Source: an uncultured bacterium
GTDB lineage: Bacteria > Omnitrophota > Omnitrophia > Omnitrophales > Aquincolibacteriaceae
Direction of reading: 5' to 3'
Assembly (NCBI GenBank): GCA_964420575.1
Contig: CAYQTU010000002.1
Span: forward strand, 18,534 to 82,533
DNA: 64,000 nt
Below the pieces are notes generated by a model that did not search any database, was not told where the DNA came from, and was given only the letters and a program-made list of their open reading frames with translations. A program made the translations under genes and the position numbers. Below, piece after piece: positions 9,897 through 22,900 of this stretch. How positions within the stretch are numbered: position 1 is the stretch's first letter; each line of letters begins with the position of its first letter.

Positions 9897-10112
9897 ATGT
9901 CTCAAGCGGAAGATTTGAAAAAGATCGTTGAAGCGCTTGTTCTCGAGAAGAACAAGACCGCTGCTGAAGTCCGGGATGCCGCTCGGGAGGGCCAAGAAGC
10001 GGTTGAGCGGATGCAGCGTTCCGTTTATCGCTTATACGATCTCGTCAGCAAACTATCGGAAAAACTCCTTCGCGTTGCCGGAGAATTCCAGAAAGAAGGG
10101 AATGCCCAATGA
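9897..10112 (+). CDS. hypothetical small coiled-coil protein
   Basis: 71-aa ORF overlapping the next gene by ATGA; heptad-like sequence. Confidence 0.45.
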   Translation: MSQAEDLKKIVEALVLEKNKTAAEVRDAAREGQEAVERMQRSVYRLYDLVSKLSEKLLRVAGEFQKEGNAQ

Positions 10113-10507
10113 TTCACGACCTAAAAGATCTTCGCGCCAAAAATAGCGCTGCCTATGACCTTATGGTGGAATTTTTGACAAGCGCCCGTGGTTCCAACCG
10201 GTTCTATGCGATCCGGAAATTTATGGAGCATCTTCTCCAGGAATGTTCCGAGAAGGAGATGGAAGCGGTGGATTTGAATGAAGTATTTCAGTTCGCTTTT
10301 TTCGGGTCCCATCTTTTGGTGATCCCTAAGGATCCTTTTGGGGATAACGATTTGCTGGTTTTGAAGAATTTTCGGGGAACTCATGATTTTGAATCCGAGC
10401 GGATTGTATTTTCGGAAGATTCTTTTAAAGTCGAGCCTTCGTTTTCGCTCAAGGACTATATCAAACGCTGTCTTTTAAGAGGAATTAACCGTGGATTTCT
10501 TTGTTAG
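10109..10507 (+). CDS. hypothetical protein
   Basis: 132-aa ORF translationally coupled to 9897..10112. Confidence 0.5.
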   Translation: MIHDLKDLRAKNSAAYDLMVEFLTSARGSNRFYAIRKFMEHLLQECSEKEMEAVDLNEVFQFAFFGSHLLVIPKDPFGDNDLLVLKNFRGTHDFESERIVFSEDSFKVEPSFSLKDYIKRCLLRGINRGFLC

Positions 10508-10843
10508 GTTTGGGACGGATAAGAAACGGGGAAAGTGGCGAAAAAGTCTTCCGGCCGAAGGCCCTGGTAGTTGCGCTCTGGCTGAGTTCGCGCTGCCTAG
10601 CTGCTTTCCCTCTACTTTCAAGCCTAACTGATCAAATTTGAGTTGTAAAGTTGCTGGGAACAAAAAATCGCATAAATTTTCTATAGATTTTAAAGGGAGT
10701 ATAAGGGGTCCGGTGCCTTATTTGCCGTAGAGTGCTTGGAAAAATAAAAATAAGTTAGTAAAAAATTTGAAAAATTCAAAGGTGTCGGGTATACTTCGAA
10801 ACGCTTTCGGAAGTTTTCGAGATAAAAGATTTCCCGAAAGCTA

Positions 10844-10908
10844 ACTCAGCCAAATAGACTCAGCCAGCAGTTCAAATAAACTCAGCCAACAAAATTAGAC
10901 TCAGCCAG
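10844..10908 (+). repeat. four direct repeats of ACTCAGCCA(A/G) in leader of giant gene
   Basis: Copies at 10844, 10858, 10880, 10899 (14-22 bp spacing), each followed by A-rich sequence; a fifth copy in inverse orientation (CTGGCTGAGT) at 10578-10587. Confidence 0.7.
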
Positions 10909-10988
10909 AGCGGAAGCGGTCCGCATTATTAAGGAGCGTTTAGCTTCTTAAGGGCTAATTAAAACTTTCGTTCTTCACAGGATTTCTT

Positions 10989-13900
10989 GTGAAGACTATT
11001 GGCTGGCTGAGATTCCGATTTGCGTTCAGGCTTATTTCTCTCGTTTTAATCCTAAGCCTCATTTCTTCGGATATTCTCTGGGCAAATCCCGTCTCCATGG
11101 TTCCATCTGCGGGGCAATCCGTCTATTCGCCGGGAACGGGTCTTGAGGGTTTTGCCCGTTTAAACGAATCCACTCGCTCCGATCAAAAAGATAAATCCCC
11201 GATTATCTACCACATTCAAGACGCGCATGCGGTCTTTGAAGCTCAACAAAACCTGGCGAAGATTGTTGAGGCGCTTATTCAGAAGGAAGGCATTGATCTT
11301 GTTTTGGTGGAAGGCGGTGCCGGGAATGTCAGCCTGACTTCTTTAAGGAGTCTAGCTTGGAAAAAAGTCCGTAAGCGCGTTGGCGAATCTTTTCTAAGGC
11401 AAGGAAAGATTACTGGCGAAGAATTCCTCGAACTTTCAAGCGATTATCCTTTTGAGCTTTATGGGATCGAAGACCCCGCGCTTTACCGCCAGAACCTGGA
11501 TGTTTTCTTAAGCGGCATCAGCAAAAAAGAGAAACTCTCAAAAGAGCTTGGGCGTCTTGATAGCGCTTTTTCGTCCCTGGAGTCATCCATTTATCCTTCC
11601 CGGTTTCGGGATCTCGAGGAACTGCGTTTGGCATGGCGGTTCGGGAAAGGAGATTTTCAGGTTTATCTCAATACCCTTCGCAAACTCATCAATGAATCTA
11701 AAGTCCCCGCGCATGATCTCCTGGAATGGCGTAAGCTCGGCAACTCCGAAACTGTGCGCTCCATTGACGCAGAGAAATTCCTGAAAGAGATAAACGTCCT
11801 TGAATCCAGACTCAGGGAGTCATTGCTTAATACTCAAGCGAAAAGGTTGTGGCGAGCACAGGAACACTTGAGGCTTCTCGGCCGTCTTTTTTCTTTCGAA
11901 CTCACTTCGGATGAGTACGCGCTTCTTAACGGTCAGCAGCATTTTGATTTAAAAAAGACTGGAGCCGATATCGAGCGTTTAATCCAGGATTCAGTGCATC
12001 TCCGAAAATCCTTCGCGTTTCTTCGCTCCGAATTCCCGGAATTTCTCAAGTTCTACGATCTTGCCCGGAAACGCGATAAAGCATTTATCAAAAATATTAA
12101 CTCTATCCTTCGGGAAAAACGGGAACGAAAAGTCATTCTTATCACCGGCGGTTTCCATTCGAAACATCTAGGAGCTTTGCTTAAAGAAGAGGGCATCTCC
12201 CGTATTTTAATCTCTCCCGAAATCACGGGAGCCAGTAAAAACATTGATTCTGATTACGCAAAGATTTTACGGGCGAAATCGAAATCCACGCTTCGCGCGC
12301 CGGCAACTTTGGGAAGCCCCTTCTATCCTGAACTCAAAATAACATTGGGGCGTGAGCAGGCAAAGGAACTCGGGGGGCATATCAAGCAGCTCATCAGTTT
12401 ACTGAATGTCGATCATCTGATGGCACCGGCTGCCTCGAAATCCGTTCTCCTTCGTTCCGAGCTTCGCATGGAATTATTCAATCATCTTGGTACATTTTTC
12501 GCTTTATCCAATAATGGGACGGCAGTCCATTGGATAGTCATAGGGAGCGCGGGTATCCTGGGTATCGGGATACTCGCGTTTCTCCTATCCAAGTGGAAGA
12601 AAAAACATAAAGCTACCCATCAAAATCCAGTTTTATTAGCTGATTCCGAGTATTCAAGCGACACGGAGCTTTCTTCTGATGAAAACAACGCCGATGAAGC
12701 CTTTGCAAACTTCGAAGCGACACTTGGTCACGCGGCTACTCCCGCGCAGGCATTTGCTTTTGAAAGCGGCCGGTTCTTCGGTTCAAGTTTTCCCGTCGCT
12801 TCTCAGGACCAGCATCTTCCGCCTCCGCCTCAGGAACTTCCTCTGCCGGTTCCGTTAAACGCGATCCCGGCGGATCTTGATCAAAAGGGAAAAACCGTGT
12901 TTGTGCTTCGTGAAGTTTTGCAGGCGATGGAAACGATGGATTCGACCATGCGCGGCCACCAGAAAGAATCCGCGGAACGCGCGATTCGCCGTGTCGTTTC
13001 GGAGGGGGACGGCACCCTCGATCACAGACGGTTCAGACAGTATCTCGAGGAAGACATTCATCAGTTTTTCGGGACTATCTTTCGGGAGATGCAGAAGCTT
13101 TCAACTACGCACAGAGAAACCGGAAATTATCAAGTCTCGGAGGAGATTGAAAAAGCGTTTCCCCGGTTCCCGCGCTATGTGAAATCCATTCTTAGCGAAA
13201 ACCCTGGTCTTAGCGAGGATGTTGAAGTCAGAGGGCTCATGAACCGGATCTCCGCGAAGCTTGGCGCAAGACCGCCCGTCGCAGAAGACCTCGGCGATTA
13301 CGTGGAACGTTCCTTTTCTCGGATCATGGAAGAGCGCGCTCAAACTCGGATGCCGGTTCTTCCCGTAGTCGAAACTCCCAAGCCCGCTCCTAAGAAGACC
13401 GTGGACCTTGGAAGAATTCAAGGACAGTTGCGGGATGTTCAAAGAATGCGGGAACGTTTTGAGGCGGATCAAATCAGTCTTCATGTGGAACTTACGCAAC
13501 TCGAGACGGAGTACCGGGAGCTTCAGGAAAGCATGGAGGATGCGAGACAAAAGAATGACACCGTGATACAGGAGGCGTTAGGCCCCTCCATTGACGCTTA
13601 TGAGAGCCGCATTCAACTTCTCCGGCATAACGATGGGGAGATAAAGGACCGTCTTCGCCAGATCAAAGGCGAGGAAGCGAAATTATCCGAGGAGCTGGAT
13701 GAGGCGACCGGGAGATCGGAACTGCGTGAGTTTCTTTCTTTCCCGATTGTATTTTCCTCGCTCGGGACCGGACTTCTCATGCTAACGGCTCTTTATCTGA
13801 CTAAGATCAATAGAGCCATACACCGGATCAGGGAGCTTACGGTAAAGAGCGGCAGGAGCTGGCCCTTTACATGGAAACAAGTCTTTGATGAAACCGTTCA

Positions 13901-16900
13901 TCTCAAAAAGGAGGAGAAACTCAGCATTTTTGACGGAACCTCGGAGCCTCCCGCTCAAGGGTTTGCCGGGTTTGGGGTATTTCTCGGCTGGGTCATTGGC
14001 GGTTGGGCTCTTTATCAGGCATATCACGGATGGGGTTGGAACACGGCTAAGATTCTACGCGGCGAGGGCGATAGCGCGTTTACTTTCGGGGGCTTGCTCT
14101 GGTGCCTTGAAATCTTTGCCGCGCCTATCGTTGGCGCGATCGTAGCTCCATTTTTAGCGTTCTTGGGAACTATCGCGATCAATCGCGGGAGAATGATTGC
14201 CCGCATTCTCAAATTCCCATTCGACTACGAAAAAGTTTTAGAACTTCATCTATCTGACTTTCATGCATATCACCAGCCTTTCTTGAAAAAAGCAGCCCGG
14301 TTTCTTTCCCACATGAAAAGCTCTACTCTTGAAACGATCCTTCGTGGCTGGTTCGATCGCGGGGAGGATGAAAAACTCAAAGCCGTTTTGGAGAAAAACG
14401 TTTGGTCCGGCGAAAATTACGCGCTCATTGCCCGGTTCCGGGACGAATTCGGTCTTAAGGAAGCGAAGAAAGCGCTTTTTACTGCCGCTGGCGAGGAGTT
14501 TGGGGGAAGACTTCTCCAAATCATTGATACGTTTAAAGCGGGGCTTATCGCGAAGAAGGTGAGCGGTGCTGGAATATTAAAGGACGTGATCCTCGAGGTC
14601 TTGAAGACCGAGAAAGAAAAACACATGGCGACGTACTGGATGACGCAGCTTATGTCCGATCCCGCGACTCCGTGGAACGCGGGTTTCGATAAAGTAAAAG
14701 CTTATTACGCGGTCCGGAAACGCGTGGATGTCTTGAAAACCGACGCCGCAAAAAAGTTCGGGCTCGATAAGGAGGATCTGGCTCAGGTTGATGCTCACAT
14801 CGGGAAATGGCGGGAGCGAATTCTCGCTCCGGAAAATAAGGTAACGGAACCTTCATGGGTGTGGTCGCTTATCTCGGAACTTCTCGGGAAAATCATCGCC
14901 CGTTCATCTACAAAAGTTTGGTTCATGCACATCCTCGAAAAATCCCATAGCTTGAACGCACCGTTTTTTGCACCGGCCAGGCAGCGGGAGCTGCTTTCGA
15001 GGCTTGACTGGCTCATTAATTACGAGATCGCGAAAAGCGATGTTTGGGCATCTGCGAGCGAATCTGAAAAGTCCGTTCTTTTAAGCGAGATGACGAGTCT
15101 TGAAGCTTTCCTTAAAGAAAACGGGGTGGATTACTCAATAGCTCTTCCGGATACTTTCACGAAAATCAAGGCTCTGAGTGCGCCAGAGCGGATCATGGTT
15201 CTTCGTGCCTTTAGAGGCCTGAATCCATCGGTCTACAAAAAAGATCCTCAGGCGGCGGGCCGTGCTTTTCAGCTTTTAGCGGACAAAGAAATACTGCGGG
15301 GGAGACTTGCCGCGAATAACGGATCGGCGGGGAGCATTCGCGAGCTTGAAGCGAGACTTGCCGTGCAAACTCCTGAGGACATTCAAACCCTTAAGAGTTG
15401 TTACGGCGTTCTCGCTGAAAAAGCGGACGCGAAAGCGCAGGGTGTTTTACTCGCGCTTGCCGCTCGCGCTCCTCCCGCGGTACTTCCTGTTTTTCTTAAG
15501 TCCTCGGATCATCTTGTGAGTTATTACGCGGCCCATCCCAAGGGCCGGGATTACGACAACCTTCCACTGTTGGCCGATGAATACCGGAAACGTTACGGCA
15601 GTCTTTTTTCCCTGAACGGGATTCTTCTTAATATCCTTACCGATCCCTCAAAACCTCAAGCTGTAAGAATTGAGGAAGCCGGGAAAACCATCGCGGGACA
15701 AGTCTTGGTCCGGATGGGATTTCCCGAAAACACGATCGGGGTCTGGGACAGCGTGAGCCCCGAGGAAATCATCCATGCGGTCGGGTACGAGGTCTTAAGG
15801 TATTCGGAAGAAAAGAAATCCGACGACGAGGAGAAACGAAGTTATTTCAGTCCCGAAGAAATCCGAGGCGAGGGCGAGAGATTCCTTCCGGCGCGGACCC
15901 GAAACCCGGTCGTGCGGAAAGCTCTCGAGAAAATGGGCCGGTTCGGTCTTTACAGCCACTGGGAAAGCGCAAGGCCCGCCTATTACCTTCAGTTTCTTGA
16001 AGACACGAAGGGTCTTGATCCCGAGTTCTTTAAACCCGGTGAAAAGGTTCGGGCCTCTTACGACGGCGAGTTCGTTTCTCCGAGGCGCGCAGGTTCTCTT
16101 GCTCCCATCAAAGATCCCATTCAGACCATGAAAGGCCTGATTCGAAATCTCCGGGACCGTTATCCGAATATTTACGACAATTTCATTGGTCCGAAGCGCG
16201 AGATCCTTGCCGGGAAACCTCTCGAGGATTTCATCACCGACGAGAAGAGTTTAATGTCCGTTGCCGGTCAGTTCCGCAAGAAAGTCGCGGATTGGCCTCT
16301 CTCCGAGGATGAACGCGTTGAAATGATGATACTTATTTATCAGGTGGCCTTTTCAAGCTCTCTTCAGCCTGTGCTAGGGAAATCCTCCGAGACGGAAGAA
16401 ACGAGGTACTGGCAGGACACTTTAAAAGCGTTTCAATCGGCAAGCGGTCTTAAGAAACAATCGGAGCTTTACCGAAACGTCACGGCCCGGATCAAGAAAC
16501 GAATCGATGAACTCATTGAGGAGGCCGGAGCGGGCCGCGAGGGAGTCGTTCAGTTTGTTTTGACGCGTGGTAGCGTCTCCGATTTCTTCAGGGGCGAGAT
16601 ATCGGAAGACTGCACTTCAGAGTTATGGAACATGCATTTTACGGACACGGTCGGTCTTCCGACCGATCCCGCGTTTTTATCGTTCCGTCTTGTCGAGAAC
16701 GGACGATGGATCGGAAACGCATACGCAATCGTGTTAAAAGACTCTTCCGGGAAATTCATTTTTTATCTGGATAACATTCCGGTCATGCTCAGGCACCCCG
16801 CGACAACCGTTCAGGTTAAATCCGATAAACTGATCCAGAATTTCTTCAAACAGTTGAAACCCGTTCTCGAGAACGCGGGCTTCGATTATTTCGTGATCGC

Positions 16901-19900
16901 GAACGATCCGTCCTCCCGCGCCAATCTCAGGACGTCCATAAAAGCGCTCGGCGGATCGGCAGAAACGAAGACCGTAACAAAACCCGGTGGATTCGGCGGG
17001 CAAAGCGAGTTCGGCGTATCAAGCGAATACATTCAAGGTCTCGGGACGTTATCTTCCTCGATTTCCGCGGCCGGCACCTGGATCACTCTCGATAACCGCT
17101 CGGCGCAGGCGCAGAAAAGCAAAGCGGAGCTTACCGCCCTTGAAAAACAGATTCAGGCGATGGAAGAAGACCGGAAACGCCTCGCGGCGCTCAAGGCCGA
17201 AAAAACGGGTCGCGCGAATCATCTTAAGACCGTTCTTCAAACGATCTCGCAGGGCTCGAAACGCGCGACAGCGCAGGCGCTTAATGAAGCGGCGCAAAAA
17301 GAAGAACTCGAAGCCGAGAGACTTTCCATCGAAACAAGAACGCTTGAAGAACAGGTGAAAGCGGTCCGGGGCCGTCTTACCGGGCTAAGGAATGAAGTAG
17401 CGCAAAGAAGCGAATTGAGAATGCCGGCTCTTTTAGCGCAATCGTTATTTCCTGATCTGTCTCCTGGGTTATTGCTCTTCGGACTCTGCGCCCTTCTTTT
17501 CGGCGGTCTCATAGTGATCCTCATCATTGACTGGTATAGCGAGCAAGTGAAGCGGGATGAGGAATATACCCGCTCCCTTGAAAGACATTCCGATGATTTT
17601 AGATACACTCTAAGACCGATTAATGAAACTCCCGGATGGATGAAGCATCCTCTCGTCGTCGAAGTTGGTGAGCTTTTCAAAACGGTTCTCGCGAATGTCT
17701 CTGCCGAGATCCGGGAACTCGTTCCACACCGCATTTTTTTACCGATCATGGGTTGGAGTATGGACCTTTCAAAAGAGGTCGTTAATGTCCTTTCCACGGC
17801 CCGGATCGTGCTTCTTGCCCTTAAGGAAAAAGGCTCGCTTATCCCGTTTCTAAAAGAGCAGCCTTACTATCAGAAATTCAAGGAGGAGGCCTCCGCGTTA
17901 GGTCTTGATCCCGAGTTTGATAAGCCGGGTCTTGTCTCGGAATTCGAGCTTTCCCGGCATAACGGCACAAAGATTTCTTTTGCGCTCGAAGTATCGGAAC
18001 GCACAGCGGACGATTTATTGCGCGGCGATATCAGCCGCGATTGCACCGGGCTTGGCGCGCACGCCGCGTTTTACGAAACAATCCCGCAATTTTTGCTCGA
18101 TCCCGGGTTCATTGATCTGAAACTCAGGATGCATGGAAGATGGGTGGGAAACGTTTACGTGATCGCGATGAAACGGGAAGGGAAACCCGTTCTTGTCATT
18201 GACGCCGTACAGCTGCATCCCAGTTTTGTGCTGTGGCCGATTCGTCCGGCGACGATTGCCGATGAAGCGGTGAAGCAGGTGACGGAATGGGCGAAAACGA
18301 AGAACTTCCAAGCTGTGTATATGAGCCGATTCATTTCAAACTTCTTTTATCTATACGACCATTTCGATCCGAAATACCCGCCCCAAAAAACCGAGATCGA
18401 GAAACTCGGAGGATTCAAGCACCTGAAAGCGCTCGGGCTTTGGGACGCGGACACTCGCCGCAATCAATACATCGAAACGTTTTCTCCGCACTGGAACGAA
18501 CCGCTAAGAGTGGACGCAAATAGCGCTCACCAGACACTTCTCCTTCGTCCTATTTGGAGCGCCGAAGCTCCAGCCCGTTCCGAAATGCGGACGGATAAGG
18601 TGTGGGATCTTGACGGATTCCATTTCGAAGTTCCGGAAAGCGATTTGAAGGGACTCCGCGGTGTGGAGGCGGAAAAGGAATCCAAGAATCAGAACCTGCT
18701 TTTGCGCGCTCTTGCGAGCAAGGAACTCGGTCTTTCGGCGGCGCTCAAGGAAGCGGTTCTTGATCCCGCCACGAAAATCCGGGTAAGAATCCATGACGAG
18801 ACAAAAACGGAACGCATTTATAAATTCATCATCGTTCGTCCCGACGGCCGCCGGAATTTCATTCTGGAAATCAATCCAAGAGGCGGGAAGTTCCATCCCT
18901 ATACCGAAGAGCTGAATCTTGTGGATACTGCGCTTATGACGGCCACGGATTCAACTGGGGAGGTGGATCTTCGGGATATTTTCACCAAGTTCGGGGAGCC
19001 GCCCGATCCTAAACTTCACGTGATCCCGTCCTTCGGAACCCTTTATGCACAGGAAATCCACAAGCACGGGTATGTGGACCAGGGCATGAAGATATTCGAT
19101 CTTACGATTAAGGACCATCCCACTCCGTCTATCCGGATCGCGACGAAAGCAAAGAACGCTTCCGAATTCTCGGGCGCAAAAGTGATTTATGATTTTAATT
19201 GGCAGAAGACGCCGTATGTTTTGGCTGTTTATTCTCCGGGAGCGGAGGTTTCGTTATCCGAACCTAGTACACCAATTCCTTCTGAAACCGTTGTTGTAGA
19301 AGCGCCGGTGAAAGCGGAAGCTCCAGAAGATTTAAGTCCGGTGAGCGTGCCGGAGCCTCCAGAGCCCGAAACTCCGGAGCCTGCGGCCGCAGTTGCTCAA
19401 AGCGCGGGAACAGCGGGAGTGTTGGGAGCGGGTGCCGCTTTCATCAAAGCGATCCTTGCCAAGAAACGGGAATCGTTATTTAAGGCCTCCATCCAGAAGA
19501 TTGAAAGAATCGGAAGCGATATTCTCGGGATTGCCCGGAAAGCCAAGGAAGCGGTAGAAACTGCTGTGGAACCCTCAGACCTTGACCGGCTGGAAGCCGA
19601 GCTTGCGTCTTCAGCAAGCGCGATTGACGAAGGCCTCGCCAAGCTCGAAGCGGAAGTCGCCAAATACAAAGACGGTTCGAAGGAAAGAACGGAACTTGAC
19701 GCTCTGAAACAAAAAATCAGCGGAGAAATCGAAGCGCTTAAGGAAGCGGATATTGCTCGCGAGGCTGCGGTTCAAGCGACAGATGATCACGCTAAAGCGG
19801 AGGAAATCTCCCAGGCCTTGGCCGAGGAATCCAGGAAATTAACCGCTCTGAAATCTCAGACTGATAAGGCCCGTGAAGAACTCGAGCGTTTAGAGCAAAA

Positions 19901-22900
19901 GACGCGGGATTTCACTACCCAGGAAAAGAAACGCAATGACCTGCTTAAAACCGTGGAGGAATTAAGCGCGCGGATCCGGGGAGAGGAAGAAACCCTTGCC
20001 GCTCTTAGCGAAAAAACCACGCAGGCCGAACGTGATCTGGAAGTCAAGAGATCCCAAGGGGAGACTCTCGCCCGGGAACTCGCCAGCCAGGAGTCCCGGC
20101 TTAAAGCGCTCCAAGCGGACCAGGAACAAGCGAGAACCGAGCTGACTGAAATCCTTTCGAAACTCAAATCCGCGAAACGCAGAGCTTCGGATTTAGCGAG
20201 AAAAACGAAGCAACTCGAAGAAATTTCGCGAAAGACCGAAGAAAAAGACCGGAAACTTTCCGCGAAAAACGATGAGCTTTCAAAAGCCGATCAAGCTCTG
20301 ACCGAAAAACAAAGATCTCTTCAGGCCCTCGATGAGACGTTAGCGGCTCGTGGCAGGGAAATCGCGGCCTTGGAAGAAAAAGCGGCAGGTCTTCGAACCG
20401 AAACCGAGGCGCTCGAACGGAGAAAAGAAACGCTTTCGAAATCGACTGAGGAGCTTGGCACGATGCAGTCCGAGGTATCCGCTGCCGAAGCCGAGCTTTC
20501 AGGGATCCGAAAACAGTACGAGGACGCAAAAGCCGAGTATGAGCGTGTTCTCGCGCTTAGCCGGGAGGAGCGCGGTAACCTAGCAACCATTCAGGCCGAA
20601 CTTTCAAAAGCACAGGAAGCGGCGCAGGCGATGGAAACGAAATTATCCGATCTGAAGGAGCAGGAGCGGAAAAGAGAAGCGCTACTTCGTCAAATCGCCG
20701 AGGCTGAAAGAGAGCTTGAAGTAAAGGCCGCTTCCTTAAAAGAGATAAACGCGGAACTTTTAAAACTCGATTCGAAGAAAACGGAGCAAATTCAAGACTC
20801 GGAAAAAACGGACTCTGAAATCGCGGCAAAAGCCGCGGAGCTTACCCAAGTCAAGGCGGAGACGGCAAAGCTTCAGAGCGACCTCGAAACTTTAAGAGGA
20901 AACATCGCATCGCTTCTGGGTGACATCGAAGCTAAAAAGCGGGAGGCCGCCGCTTTAGAAGAGGAAAAAGTCCGGCTGCTTGGGGAAGCGAAATCCATTG
21001 AAGAGAAAAACCGGGAGATTGAGGAAGCCCGGAGAAAATTAGAGGCCGAGCAAGCCGAAAGAACCAAGGCCGAGCAGGCGCTTGCTGAGGAACAAAGAAA
21101 AGCAAGTGATACGGCTCAGGGTCTTAAGACAGTCGGGGAACGTTTGAAACAGACTGTTCGTGATATCGCGGACCGCGAGACAAAAATCGCGGGTCTTACG
21201 TCTGAGGTTGAGACTGAGAAAGCGAAGACAAGACAGGCCGAGGCCGGGAAATCCCAAGCCGAGGCCGAGCGCGAGCAGCTTGAAGCGGATCTCACGCATG
21301 CACAGCAGGAGAAAAATGTTTTAGAGGAAGCTTTACGACAGGCCCAGAAAACTTCAAAAGCGACCGGAACTACCGATTCCGTGCTGGAAGGGCGGGAGAG
21401 CCTCGAAGCCCTTCTTTCGGAACTTCCCGAAAGTTTATGGCAGCTTCTCGGGCGTCATTTTCCGGGGCAGCATCAAACTTCCTTTCAACTCACGGTAAGT
21501 TCTGTCGCGAATGAACTCGCTAACGCGTGGAGCCGGAGCCCATTTTTCAGACGCATCATAAAAAATCTCGTGCTTTACCGTTCTCTTTATGTCTGGCTTC
21601 AAAAACAACCGTTCTATCGAGAGTTTAAGAAGGAAGCGGAAAAACTCGGGGTAAAATCCGATTTCGATAAACCGGGGGAATGGATCCGTTTTAATATTCC
21701 GGGCGATTCCGAAGGCTATTCTCTCGAACTTTCCAAAAGGGACGCGGAATATCTTCTTCGCGGATTCATGTCCGGGGACTGCACGAACTGCGGTCCCGGT
21801 TATGTGACAGGCTCATTCCTGACCGCTACCGCAAGCCACATCGTCGATCCCGGTTTCTTTAACTTCAAGATCTTGAGGAACGGCGAGTGGGTCGGGAATG
21901 TCTACGTGATGGCGATCCGCGAGAAAAATAAACCAGTGCTCGTAATCGATGCGATGCAGATTCCGTGGCAGAGCGCTTCTCCTCTTTTCATTCCTTTTGA
22001 TTTATCGCAGAGCAAGTTCCCGATCGTAAGTGAGAAGGACGCGATCACGTTGGCGGACGCGGTGATTCGTGCGCTGTCCGAATACTCCTCAAAAGCCGGG
22101 TTCCAGGAGCTTTGGCTCTCGAGCTTCGTTTCCAATTTCAGCGCGCTCAAACATCATTTCTATGGCGCTAACCAAGATGAATTTGATAAGCGCGTAACCG
22201 GGGAAGCGAAGATCGGCGGCTGGAGTGCGTTAAAAGCGCTCGGGTACGAAGGTCATCCTTATGTGGAATCTATTGGGAACCCCGAAGCGAAGAAAGTCTG
22301 GGAAGCGGAGGAAGTGCCGCCTCCAACTCAAGTTGAACCGCCAAAAGTCACTCCATCCACTCCAGAACAGCCCGTTAAAGGAACCCAGAATATTAAAGGT
22401 CTTGTTCAGCAGATAAGAGAAAGCGTCATGTTCTCGTACGGGAACATTGTCCCTCGCGGCATGGAATTCGTCGTGAAAGCACCGGGAGCCGGAGTACGGT
22501 GGATCGCTTTTGATGAAACGGCCAATGAATGGAGACTTTACGAGAAAGCGAATGGCAGAACCGAGAGTTATCCCTTATTTGAGATAGGAAGCGGTGTTCG
22601 CCAGCAATCCGGAACTCTCAATCTTTCAGTCATTGCTGTGGAACGCGGCGGAAAGAGGATTCCTGTCATCAGATTCTTGATGCTTCCGCCCATTAAACCC
22701 GGAATTCTTGAAACGCACGTTGAAGAAGGCGGAGCTATTTTCGAGGAATCGGGTGAGATGAAAGTAATGCCTTTTACGAAGAAAGGCTTCATCGTGGACG
22801 ATTCCCGTGGCGCGTTCTTTGTCCATCCGGGCGGAGACCAAGGTCTTGATTCGAAGGAAAATATCTCATTGCCACTTTCGAATCATTATGACGTGAGCCG

